Positions 22,894-35,329 of a stretch of DNA of 36,333 nt are shown in pieces. Positions within the stretch are counted from its first letter, which is position 1. Every line of letters begins with the position of its first letter. The notes below the pieces were generated by a model that saw nothing but the letters and a program-made list of their open reading frames with translations, did no database searches and was not told the DNA's origin. The stretch is taken from positions 93,222,350 to 93,258,682 of the forward strand of contig NC_068986.1 in assembly GCF_001194135.2 (NCBI RefSeq). The letters run 5' to 3'. Position numbers and translations under genes: made by a program. This DNA is from Octopus bimaculoides. Its lineage: Eukaryota.

Positions 22894-23563
22894 CACTTTT
22901 ATATTTACTTACAGATTCTATACACACACACACCTACACACTCACTCAAACTTTCACATATACACACTTATCCATAGGCATGGAGTTTTTTTTCTTTTTT
23001 TTCTTCTTTTTAAGCTGATAACAGTAAAAAAAAAAAGGTTTGGCTGAACATTATATTCTATCTCTTAATAACAACGTTTTTTCCTCCTAGAAAGTTTCAC
23101 TGTATTTCAAAGCAACAGTATTTGCAGCATCAACAACAACAACACAAAAAGATACACATATGAATTTGATTCACAACACAATTAGCAGCTGAAACGTTGC
23201 AATATTGTGTTAGGTTGTTGACGTTGATGTTGCTGTTGTTACAGTGGTACTGTTGTTGTTGTTGTTGATCCTGTTTCGTGTTATACTGTAATTACCTTAG
23301 GTTATTATGCCTGAAGAAATACACATGCATATCCATATGTATGCATGCATGCACACACATGCACACACACACACACACACACATATTTCTTTCTTAGTAA
23401 GGATGTATATTTAATATATTTTCATATACTAGAAATATATATTTGTGTGTTTATTTATATATGTATGTGCACATGTGTGTGTTTTATGCATACATGTATG
23501 TATGTATGAGTGTATGTCTGTATTGGCAATATATACTATGCATATATAGATACAGACATATAT

Positions 23564-23636
<73 letters not shown>

Positions 23637-23900
23637 AACATACATATTTCTTTCTTAGCACAAATGTATATTTAATGTCCATATATACTAGAAATATGTG
23701 TGTGTGTGTGTATATATGTGTGTGTGTGTGTGTATATGTGTGTGTATATATGTGTGTTTCATATATATATGAGTGTATGTCTGTATTGTCAGCATATGCT
23801 ATACAATCACACACACACACACATACATGCACAAACACACACACATATACACATACACGCACAATGATTTCCTTCTATCGTGACTCAGTTTCTTTCAGTC
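22430..23900. repeat. Compound (CA)/(TA)/(TG) microsatellite field containing two tandem segmental duplications
   Basis: ttccatgctatatacat.tatctacaattatctatctatctacacac recurs at about 22477 and 22757. atttctttcttag and atgagtgtatgtctgtattg recur at about 23385/23646 and 23507/23769. Confidence 0.85.
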
Positions 23901-24604
23901 ACACACACACACACAAGGTATGTCGCTACATTTCTTCAGGCTATATTGTGGAATTATGAATGATGGTGGAAAATATTAAGTTTGTCACAGAATATGCTAA
24001 GTCCATGGATACACTTCAAACGCTGGTTGTTTTTTTTGTTTTTTTTTTTTGGTTAAGGCTAGTCCCATGACTGGACTTGTTGTGGTTAAGAAATCCTTTT
24101 TAATGGGGGCTACTACACATCATAAAGGGAGGTACTCAAAGTTTCTGTGGCACGAAAGCTGTTTTAGAGGCTAGAGTCAATTTCTGTAACTTGTGATATT
24201 CAAGCTTTTGAGAGTTGGATGTGTTCCAAAAGGAACCATCACTAGTAAGGGCAAGTGGACAATATCTCTGATTTCTACTTAAGACATGTTGCAAGTTGCT
24301 TCACTTTCTGGAATTTTTCAGTCAGATGAAAATTTTAAGTCCTGTGGCTCTTAAATGTATGGCTTGATTTTATTAGCTTTGTTCCATGTTATTGGGATAG
24401 GGAACATTTCATTCTTTGGTTCTTGAGTTTGCAAAGGAATTGTGGTACAAAGGTGGAATTTTGGACATCTCCCTTATGTGTTTTAATGTACACTGTATGT
24501 ATTTATATGAATAATACATAGTCTATTGACTAGTTTTTGCTTCTTGCTAGACCACTGGTAGCAAAAAGAATTTCTAAATATTTTTTGCTACTCTGAGATT
24601 TATT

Positions 24605-24646
<42 letters not shown>

Positions 24647-24937
24647 TGAATTTTTCCCTGTAAGTTTTGGATTTATTCCCTAACATATACTATAATCATT
24701 TTGAGATCTCAGAAAATTTTTTCTGAATCTTCTGATTCTTTTAATGTGCTGTTTGCCTGGTATTAAAATGATATTAATTAATATCAAATCTTTTACCCTA
24801 TTATTTTAATATATATATAATTCCTTGTGTATATGATGAATAATTTCTTGTGTTTTTTTCAGTCTGACTTTGCCATATACATGTTGATACACATATGCAT
24901 GGATACATCTACACATACATGCACATTAACAGAATGA

Positions 24938-25336
<399 letters not shown>

Positions 25337-25453
25337 TGAAATAATGCATGATTAATTTTTTAAAATGAGAATAAATAAGCTTTACATTTGATATAGAAAT
25401 CTGAATGCTAAAGGGTTAAAGAAGCTAGAAAAGTTTTCAAGGAAATTTGAGAA

Positions 25454-25822
25454 GGTGCAGGAGTGGCTGTGTGGTAAGTAGCTTGCTTACCAACCACATG
25501 ATTCCGGGTTCAGTCCCACTGCGTGGCACCTTGGCCAAGTGTCTTCTACTATAGCCTCGGGCTGACCAAAGCCTTGTGAGTGGATTTGGTAGACGGAAAC
25601 TGAAAGAAGCCCGTCGTATATATGTATATATGTCTGTGTTTGTCCCCCCAACATCGCTTGACAACTGTTGGTGGTGTGTTTACGTCCCCGTAATTTAGCA
25701 GTTTGGCAAAAGAAACCAAATAAGTACTAGGCTTACAAAGAATAAGTCCTGGGGTTGATTTGCTCAACTAAAGGCCGTGCTCCAGCATGGCTGCAGTCAA
25801 ATGACTGAAACAAGTAAAAGAG
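25454..25822 (+). mobile_element. Full-length tRNA-derived SINE, family A, in the intron between the two kinase exons
   Basis: High identity to 6061-6472. Confidence 0.9.
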
Positions 25823-26454
25823 TAAGTACATTAAATAGGTTTAGTTTTTGCACCAAAAGTTCTTACCATGATTCATGTCTCCAATTAAAAGACTTCAGGA
25901 TGCCTTTCAAAGGGAGATTTAGCTGCTATGTTATGCATGTAGGTCAAGCAATGACATCAAAGCTTTTATTCATAGCAGATGTGGTATTTTGAGTATCTTG
26001 AGTGATCCTGTAACAGGCACTCCCCTCATAGCAAGCAGGTCAAGTGATTATGTAGAAATTTCTTTACTGCTTACCACAAAACTGACATTTTTTTGGTCAG
26101 GTTGCTCCATAGTTAAATGATTAACCATTTTTGATAAAAAGGAAAAAGAAAAAAAAAATCACCTACAACTTCCCCTATTTCTGTGATACAAACTTCTTAT
26201 TTTAAAATTAAAACATTCCATCAAAATTTCATGTTATGTTCCAAACGCCAGCTTAATAATGTGCGAGTTATTTCATTAAATTCTTCATCATTTTCAAAAT
26301 TAATTCAAGCTAAGACAGAAATATGGTTGAAGGAAAAGGGTTAAATCCTTTCCTTGAATAAAGACATTGTTAGTTTTTTTGTTGTTGACCATTGAAATTT
26401 TTGCCTTTTTTTGTTTACTTATTTATGATGATGATTTATTTTATATTTTTGTAG

Positions 26455-26835
<381 letters not shown>

Positions 26836-27839
26836 TGAGTAGGGGATAAAGGGAGAAATAGAGCGAGTGAGAGAGAGAGAGAAGGGAGTGGACATTCATA
26901 GCTTCCAATCATGTATGGCTGAGTATGACGAAGTGGAAGGGTCTTACCAGTGATTGTTAGGTCAGAAGATTACAAGTCTTAGTCAATGATTGTGCAGTAA
27001 AGAAGTTCTCCTTACAATCAAATGATTCCTGGTTTGAGCCCATTGTATGACACTTTGATTTAGTGTCTCTTAGTGTAGTTTGCATTGACCAATACCTTGA
27101 GAGTGAAATTTGGTAGTATTTGAAGTAGCTCACCAAATACACCAACACACATACACATAAATGTATTAGCACCCTTATCACAAGTAGGTCATGCAATTAA
27201 GAAGAAATTTCATTGATTACCATAAAGCTGACATGCTTTGGTTTGTTCAGTCCATTATTATGTGATTAAACTCCTTGATAACAATTCAAAATATATAATG
27301 TGTATATTGGCAAAATATCTACACACTGTTAAGAAAATTGGTGATAAACCATTTCATCAAACAAAAGTACTTTGTGGTGATTAATCTGCCTGAGTTGTAC
27401 AGACAGTCCCTTGTCTGTATCATTATTAAAAAACAAAAAGCAATGAACAATGTAATTGGTCGGTTGAAAAACTACAGCCATATACATTATCGTGTTCATT
27501 AAAATGTGATGTAAAATAATAAGTAACTCTGTTCTATTCTGTAGTGATGGTCTTTATCTGATAAAGTAGTTTAAGTATTTGAACATTAAGTTCAGCTGCT
27601 AATATTACTGGTTGCACATTCGTTGCTTTGTTTAGTATTGGAGCCTTGTCACTGCAATGGCTCTTATCTATGGCTCAGGGCTTTGTATGAACTCCTCCAC
27701 CGTATTACTGGTATTTGTTATCAGTTGTCATCACCCGGCACTTTTGTACTATGGTGTGGTCTGAGAAAGACACTCAACGTTCCCCTTCTTCAGTTACCTG
27801 GTAGCAATTGTAAAGCTGGTATTCAAAGACAGACATAAG

Positions 27840-27870
<31 letters not shown>

Positions 27871-27877
27871 TATTTAA

Positions 27878-27908
<31 letters not shown>

Positions 27909-28815
27909 TAGAAGAGAGAATTGGATGCTTGGTGCTTTTCAAATTAGCATGGTGGTGCAAAAACCCAAAATCAAACCTTTATATTGTACATGAGAGAATA
28001 TATATACAGGGTGTCCCCTGAAAATGATTACACATTGAGTGATTATAAAATCAGTGTTTATTAAAATACATTTCATTTTCAAGATTTAATAGAATCTACA
28101 GACACAATTTAATTTTTTTTTAATGAATGCTTGTTTTCAAACTGATGGCTATTCTGGACCAGTTACTACTGATAATCTGAAGCAATGGAACCACAAGCAC
28201 CTAGAAACACTTTGTTCAGTATTTCTGCATGTTCTTGATCAATGGCTGCCTTCAATTTGTCAATTGTTGTCTTTTTGATACCATAAAATTTATTGTATAA
28301 GAATCTAGTGATGTGAGTTCTGGTGAATTGGGGGGTTTTCTATTGAACATCTTTACCCAGTCCACTTGTTTGGGAAAATCTCATCAAGGTAGGTTCTTAC
28401 TATGGGTTGTCTGGAGGTGCCTTATCTTGCTGGAAATAAGACTCTGCATCTTCAAAGTCCTTTTGAATGCTTGGCTTGACACATTGTCGCAGCAAGTTCA
28501 AGTAAACAGGGCCATTCACAGTACTGTCAAAAAAGAGCAGGACAATTATTCATTTTGCACCATAGTGTTACTCCTGGCAAATCAATATGATGTCTTCCAA
28601 AATAAACATATTCTCAGGTCCCTTGTGGGTGTAATTGTGGAAGTAAATTGAGCCATTTGACTTAAATGTAGCTTCATTACTCGAATCTTTGTTGTAAACA
28701 ATGCATTTTCTATGCATCTTCCCAAGTACCACTTGCAAAACTCCACACCTTTTGTCTGGATAATCTTCATTGAGATCATGGACAATTCTTGGAATGTAAC
28801 TTTTCAATCACAGTA

Positions 28816-30135
28816 CAGGGTAATCCGAAAGTATTGTTACCCTCCTTACATATTGTTTATTATTATCATAAGAAATTTTTCGAGCGAGACCGTTGCCAGT
28901 GCCACTGGACTGGCTCTTGTGCGGGGCCGTTGTAGGATTTTCGAGCAAGATCGTTGCTGGTTCCCCTGGACTGGCTCATGTGCAGGCGACACATGAAATC
29001 TTTTAAGTGAGATCGTTGCCAGTGCCCCTGGACTGGCTCTTGTGCTGGTGACACAAGAAATTTTTCGAGTGAGACCGTTGCCAGTGCCCCTGGACTGGCT
29101 CTTGTGCGGGGCTGTTGTAGGATTTTCGAGCGAGATCATTGCTGGCTCCCCTGGGCTGGCTCATGTGCGGGTGACACANNNNNNNNNNNNNNNNNNNNNN
29201 NNNNNNNNNNNNNNNNNNNNNNNNNNNNNNNNNNNNNNNNNNNNNNNNNNNNNNNNNNNNNNNNNNNNNNNNNNNNNNNNNNNNNNNGGCCGTTGCCAGT
29301 ACTGCCTCACTGGCCTTTGTTCGGGTGACACGTAAAAGCACCCACTACACTCTCTGAGTGGTTGGCGTTAGGAAGGGCATCCAACTGTGGAAACTCTGCC
29401 AAATCAGATTGGAGCCTGGTGTAGCCATCTGGTTTCACCAGTCCTCAGTCAAATCGTCCAACCCATGCTAGCATGGAAAGCGGACGTTAAACGACGACGA
29501 CGACGATTGTTATCATTATTTTTGTCTTAGCACCTCCCCCCCACACACACACACATGTAATACTTTGGGCTGCCATATCGAGTAAGCACCTGATAGGACC
29601 CTATTTCTTTGATGACACTGTGAACCAACACTATAACTTGGCCATGTTTAGAGAGTGGTTTTATTCCACAGCTCCAGAGGTTAAATGTTGACCTGAATGA
29701 TTGTTGGTTTCAGCAAGACGGTGCCTCACCCCACTATGCTATCACTGTCCGCGAATACCTAAATGAAGTTTTTTCGGAATAGATGGATAGGGCGAGGATC
29801 GCAACAACCACCAGGCACCTGTCGATTGGCCTCCCAGAAGTCCAGACCCCATGTCTTGCAATAACGCTCTGTGAGGTATTATCAAGGTGAGAGTTTCATA
29901 TGAATGATACCAGAATGCCCATCAGTTGATGGACACTGTTTGGAGAGCCTTTGCAACAATCACCAAAGCACAGCTTTGAAAAATATCACACAGGTCATGG
30001 CACTGCATCATTTTGTGCCATGAAAATGAAGGTGTTCATACAGACTAAATCCAATACATGCTTTGGATTACTTGTTCTTCTATTGTTCTCATTGCTTTTT
30101 GGTAGGAGGTAACAAGACTTTTGGGTGCCACCCTG
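28816..30135 (+). mobile_element. Second Tc1/mariner element (internally deleted, + strand) nested in the first
   Basis: TA|CAGGGTAATCCGAAAGTATTGTTACCCTCC and GGAGGTAACAAGACTTTTGGGTGCCACCCTG|TA form imperfect TIRs with TA on both sides. 29575-29900 reads IGPYFFDDTVN...WFQQDGASPHYAITVREYLNEVF...WIGRG...WPPRSPD. Confidence 0.8.
28870..29507 (+). mobile_element. RTE-tailed retroelement with an expanded ~62-bp tandem array, inserted in the inner mariner (gap 29179-29287)
   Basis: At least five units of gagcgagaccgttgccagtgcccctggactggctcttgtgc, then the same 3' end as 2351-2530, here with a (GAC)n tail. Confidence 0.8.
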
Positions 30136-31607
30136 TACTTCAAAATGCTTGATTTTGAGATTCCTCTCATGAATTGCTTGTTGCACAGATTATCTTCAAC
30201 TTTATCAATACATTTCTAGTACTCATTCTTGCTTTGTGGGACTCATTTTCTGGAATACCTCTTGTGGACATTTTTAATAGTTCTGTCATCTTCAGACTTA
30301 TCTCTAATTCAAATGATAAGTCATACAGGTGGATTTCTTTGGTACTCTGTATTTTCAAACTTCCAGTATTTTCAAATTTCCTTTGTTCAAAGCTTATCCC
30401 AACTCCCTTCATTATTCCTAATAGATTTTAAGCGTTTAAAAAGACTTGAAAATTTAGTGAGTTATCAACTGTTAAAGTATGTATACATTTTTGGGACAGC
30501 CTGTATGTATATTATATTCTCAGCACAGTTTAATTTTGTTTGTTTTTTGGTTTCCTTTTCACCAGTAGAGGTGGAGGGAAGACAGTTGTGATTTTAAAAG
30601 ATATTTCTTTATTTTGTACGTTTGTATATTTGTATAAGCAATACAATTGATTTAACATGAGGACAATCATTGTAATCCTTAACAATACATTTGTAAAATA
30701 GGGGATGGAGCCCTTTTGTTAATCAGTACAATCTGAGACATGAGGAGTTATGTAGTTTGCAACTGTTACACACAACAAGTGCTTGCTGTAATTTTAATGT
30801 TTGAACTTACAATCACAAGGTCAGTAATCAATAGCACAACCAGATGAACTTCACAGTTACATAGACGGACAAACACACTGCCTGGTTCCATGCTAAGATC
30901 TGGTCCTTGTGTATTTTAGCAGAGTTCAATCTGACAAACATTTTGACAAATACTTACGACATCCTTTACTGTTCATGTTTTTCCATTTTTGGCAGACATT
31001 ATTAGAATTAAGTAGATAGTATCCATAAAGAACTGCACAAAATGCCTTGTGGTGTTATGTTCTAAGTTCCATTGACACCATCTTTGACTTTTGCTTTTCG
31101 GGGCTTGATAAATTATGTACCGGTCAAGTACACCATTGAGACTATGTAAGAAATTTATATAATAATAATAATAATAATGATAATTTCTATTATAGGCACA
31201 AGGTTGGCAATTTGAGGGAGGGGTATAGTCAATTACATCAACCCCAGTTCTCAACTGGTACTTATTCTATTGACCCTGAAAGGATGAAAGGCAAAGTCAG
31301 CCTTGGCAGAATTTGAATTCAGAACTTGAAGACGTATGAAATGCTGCTAAGCATTTTGCTCGGCATGCTAACAATTCTGCCAGCTCGCCATCTTAATAAT
31401 GATGATAATAATGATAATGATAATGATTTCAAATTTTTGCCACAAGGGCAGCTTGGGGGATGGGCATTTAGTCAATTACATCAACCCCTGTGCATAACTG
31501 GTACTCATTTAATTAACCCTGAAAGAAGGAAAGGCAAAGTTGATTTTAGCAGAATTTGAACAAGCATCTTGCCTGGCATGCTAACGATTTGGCCAGCTTG
31601 TATTTTT

Positions 31608-31614
31608 TTCTTCT

Positions 31615-31649
<35 letters not shown>

Positions 31650-31706
31650 TTCTCCTCCTCATCCTCCTTTTTCTTCTCCTCCTCCTCCTCCTCCTCCTCC
31701 TCCTCT
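31608..31706. repeat. (CTT)n/(CTC)n polypyrimidine triplet tract
   Basis: Directly visible. It generates the spurious poly-Arg and poly-Leu ORFs. Confidence 0.95.
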
Positions 31707-31920
31707 TTCCTATTATTATTCTAAGATCAAGTCCTATCAAGGTCAGTCTTGCCTTTCATCCTCGATAGAATAATATATCACTTAAGTACTGTGCTCCTTG
31801 TAATCAACTAATCCTGTTCCCCAAAATTGCTGGATTTTTGCTAGATTAAAAACAATTGTTATTCTGTAAGGTGGTGAGCTGGAAGAATTGTCAGAGTATT
31901 GAATAAAATACCTGGCAATA

Positions 31921-32139
31921 CGAGGGTTTGCTGAAAAGTTCCTAGCTGTAAGGATATCACAAATAGCCTGGCTGGGAGCCCAACCTTCTGAGTTTTCTTT
32001 TTACAAGGCTTAGAAAAACTGAAGCACCACTTCAACGAGTGTGTGAATCTGAGAGGAGAATATGTTGATGAATAAAATCATAATTAACTGATCCTCCTGT
32101 AAATTCTTTTATCCAAAGCATCTTTTCAGCATCCCCTTG
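31921..32139 (+). mobile_element. 219-bp mariner-derived MITE inserted in a family B SINE
   Basis: TA|CGAGGGTTTGCTGAAAAG...CTTTTCAGCATCCCCTTG|TA. Internal GLEKLKHHFNECVNLRGEYVDE* resembles the mariner C-terminus (G..KL..RW.KC....G.YVE). The SINE head and body resume on either side. Confidence 0.75.
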
Positions 32140-32727
32140 TATATATTCCACTCTGAATTCAAGTCCTGCTTCAGTCAATTTTGCCTTTCATCCCTCCTGA
32201 ATCGATAAAACACATTAGGGCCAACGGTATCATCTGACCTCCTTGCCCTCAAAACTGCTAGTCTTGTGCCAAAATCAGGAAACATCATTGTAATTATTAC
32301 TACTACTTGCAATGCACATAGGTTTCTGAAATATGTTGTGTATTTTATGGTGTTGTGTTGCCAGTTCAATACCCAGCCTGATTTTTTCTTGAAGGAAGCA
32401 GTTTATTTTTTTCCTAACAGTTTTAGCTAATGAAACACTCAGCAGTATCACAGTTCTACTGCTGCTGCCAGCTATGAATTACACCATTATTTAGGCACTT
32501 AGCTCTATTTTTACAGCTAAACGGAATAGAGCAGGTTGTTGAGTGTTAGATGTCTTGGCCATAGATTGTAGTGAGACTCAATCTAATCAACTTTGCAATG
32601 ATTGTCCTCTTCCATATTGACTCGTTTACTTTGTTGTTATGTAATTGACAATTACTTTGTTATTGCTTAATTGAGTAACAAATGCATTAATTATTTTCTT
32701 TTCTTTTCTTTTTACAAATTATTGCAG

Positions 32728-34728
32728 CCACCTTCATGGACCACATACTCCAGGTCATGGTGCCACAGACGTGATGGATGAAAACTTCAGCTATAACCAA
32801 GAAGAGGACCATGCTGACACGAAGAAAGGAAACATCGATTTGATTATTGACAACCACATGTACAAGAGTGAGATGGATAATCGACTTCGTGAAGAACAGA
32901 AAGAAAGAATGTGCCAGAAGAAACAGTTGGAGCAACTCGAGAAGGATGAATGGAAGTGCCGATCTGAGCAAGGAAGCAAAGAGATGATTGTGGACAAGGC
33001 CGAGATTCTGAAAGCTGACAAGGCTCAGCTGTCTATTGCTGGGGGTCAAAAGTCTTCGTCTGACCTTGCTGTTCTCGACAATCAGCTGCGCCATATTCTC
33101 AAGCCAACACCCGACGATCCCGGCTGCAGTAAATGCGATTGCGTCAAGAGCACATCAGAGAAGAAGGAACTGGGCGAGGACAAGGATGTGCAGGCTGTTG
33201 AGGAGGATCGGGGCAGCAAAGGTGCAGTGAGCAGCAAAGGTACGAAAGAAAGTGGCGAGGAAAAGAACGGCGAGACTCTCATAAAATTATCCCATAGTCC
33301 AAAATCTCATGGTGCTATTGAACCAAAAGTAACATCAGGTACCAAGACCCCTGTCGAGAGTCCCGAGAAAGACAATACTCAAAATCACTTCGAGAAGAAC
33401 TCAAAAGCGGAGCACATGTGCAACATAACTGAGCATACAAACCCAGTCAACCCACACCAGATTCTCACAGTTAGTGGAGCACCAACTCAGGGAGATGACA
33501 AAACTCAAACCCATATGGATGCTACAAACGCATTCAATGATGAATTTGCCACAAAGGCTGCCCCTTATACCGTAATAAGTCACTGGATTGGAATATCTGC
33601 ATTTGGTTCAAGCTCCGAAGATGAACACGACCACGATCACGACAGCGAACATGGTAATGACACCCGAGGACCAAGTGTTGATAGTAAATTAGTGAAAGTG
33701 CGTGATAAAGTAAAATATTCCCACCAGAACACGCTAGCGGATGAAGTATCCATCCGGCCAGACAGTGCAAATCGGAACTCGATGACATTATTGGATGATG
33801 GCAAAGACGCGTTCAACATTTTAGCCTGCTCAGACGAAGCTGTTGACACCAATGCAGTAGATGCATCGGCTGCTGTGAAAAATAAAGATGTGAATGCAAT
33901 TAACTGGGAGGAATCAAAATTTTCTTTTCCAGAGGACTCTTCAGAGCACGCACTTCGAAGTATTCCCCGATCGTTTACCATTCCTGATGGAAATGTCCAA
34001 TTTACTCCATCAAGCCCTAGTAAAATGCCTGAAAAACTTGTGAAAGATATTGGGAATTTGATAGGGTCACCACTAAAGCATCCGTTCAGCGCAACAAGGC
34101 GCTTTTTAAAGGTTCGCAGCAGTCTATCCGATAAGAAAACTGGTTCACAATCAAAGGGGGGTGTACTTGGGAAGCCCCCCTTAGCACAACTTACTGTTAA
34201 GTCTAGCCCCAAGCACCACAAACGAGGAGATAGTGATGTCGGTTTAAGTGACCACTCAGACTGTGCTGTGTCAAGATTTTTACTAAGTCTAACGAAAGAT
34301 GACAAAGCTCTGGATAATATTAGTGTCAGTTCTCTAGGGTCCAGGCCAGATCTAGCTCTCGATCCCGACGGGAATTATGTTTTGTCACCTGGGGAAGCCA
34401 GCGTAACTCTTACTTCACAGCAGGGTCCCTTTAGGAACAACGAGGATTACGCTTCTTTGGCCGATCCTCATAGTGGCTATACAGAGGACATGTGTAGCAG
34501 GAAACATTTCCGAATAGGTGGTAGTAGGCAACGTTCTACATCAGAATCACGAATTAGTAGATCTCGGACTAAAAACAGTCAAAAATTAGCAATGACCAGT
34601 TCGTATGAACAAGCTGTTGATTGTTCTGGTAGCAATGCCTTAAAACCTCTGGCTTCTTCTGAACAAGGAACAAGCTTCAGTCCTAAGCCTCCAGGCCATG
34701 CGCCACGGAAACCCATTGTTTCAGCAAG
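32728..34728 (+). CDS. TTBK: Tau-tubulin kinase, large C-terminal-tail exon, 2001 bp, phase 2-2
   Basis: Long polypyrimidine tract with ttgcAG (32726-32727). Its first base completes the GC|C Ala codon left by the exon ending at 26834, and the frame stays open (HLHGPHTPGHGATDVMDENFSY...) through the 653-aa ORF. It ends SPKPPGHAPRKPIVSAR at AG|GTAAGC (GT 34729-34730). Assignment to TTBK rests on phase match, position and the terminal Pro-rich ..AR motif. Confidence 0.8.
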
Positions 34729-35329
34729 GTAAGCTTGAGTATGATAATAATAATAATATTAATTTTTGTAATAGATTCATTATTTTGTTGTGAATACATT
34801 GTATGTGAGTTTGACACTTTTTTTTTTTGGTCATTTTACATTTTGCTATTCTTTCTTTCTATGTCTTCTTTTTATGTATTATATGTACATGTATGTATAC
34901 ATTGGTACATATATGTATACATACATACATGACATATATACATGCTATGTGTGTGTGTGCATAGACACACCCATATGAGATCCATGAGCATAATTGCTAA
35001 GCCCACAGTAGCGACAGAGTGTAAGCTCTGTGCTACAATAAATAATTACACCTCACTTCTGTTCTGAGTACTTTCCCCCGTGTTTTTAAATTCAAATGCA
35101 CACACATGCACAAATGTATATGCACACATACACACACACATATGTATATACATACATGCAAGTATAAATATACATACATACATAATATATATATATATAT
35201 TATATTATATTATATTATATTATATTATATGCACCAATGGAAGGAAAGGGAACTCAATTTATTAGGTAGATTTATATTTAGTGCAAAATATTACTGAATT
35301 CATTCCATCATTACTTTGCATCTCCCACT

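Larger units (their letters stand above)
28007..30503 (-). mobile_element. Tc1/mariner-superfamily DNA transposon (decayed transposase on the minus strand), outer element of a nest
   Basis: TA|CAGGGTGTCCC at 28005-28017 and GGGACAGCCTG|TA ending 30503-30505. Minus strand: [76 protein letters not shown]. Confidence 0.8.
31190..32285. mobile_element. Cluster of family B SINE copies: minus at about 31190-31395 and 31425-31600; plus at about 31730-31860 and 31869-32285 (the last split by a MITE)
   Basis: Family B core in both orientations (gaaaggatgaaaggcaaagtc / ttgcctttcatcc). Confidence 0.7.

Noticed and set aside
22424-23959. Many 70-149-aa ORFs rich in HT/YI/VC repeats (also 356-589, 20094-21254, 35080-35297)
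   Set aside because: Translations of (CA)n/(TA)n/(TG)n microsatellites, which lack stops in some frames. No protein similarity.
24050-24480. Possible decayed LINE 3' fragment on the minus strand
   Set aside because: Motif matches are too weak to support a family call by eye.
27600-27838. GC-richer intronic block as a possible extra TTBK exon
   Set aside because: The candidate acceptor read in phase 2 hits a stop within about 18 codons, and I recognise no motif.
28870-29340. Regular repeat array superficially like CRISPR
   Set aside because: Units are contiguous with no unique spacers, there are no cas genes, the context is eukaryotic, and the units belong to a retroelement 3' region.
31546-31768. 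Poly-Arg / poly-Leu ORFs
   Set aside because: Produced by the (CTT)/(CTC) tract.
33637-34305. 222-aa minus-strand ORF (and other short antisense ORFs over 32687-33788)
   Set aside because: Antisense shadow of the TTBK tail exon, with no recognisable domain.
32771-34732. Stand-alone 653-aa intronless gene
   Set aside because: The frame extends upstream to a strong phase-matched acceptor at 32727 and the stop overlaps a canonical donor, so it is better explained as a TTBK exon.
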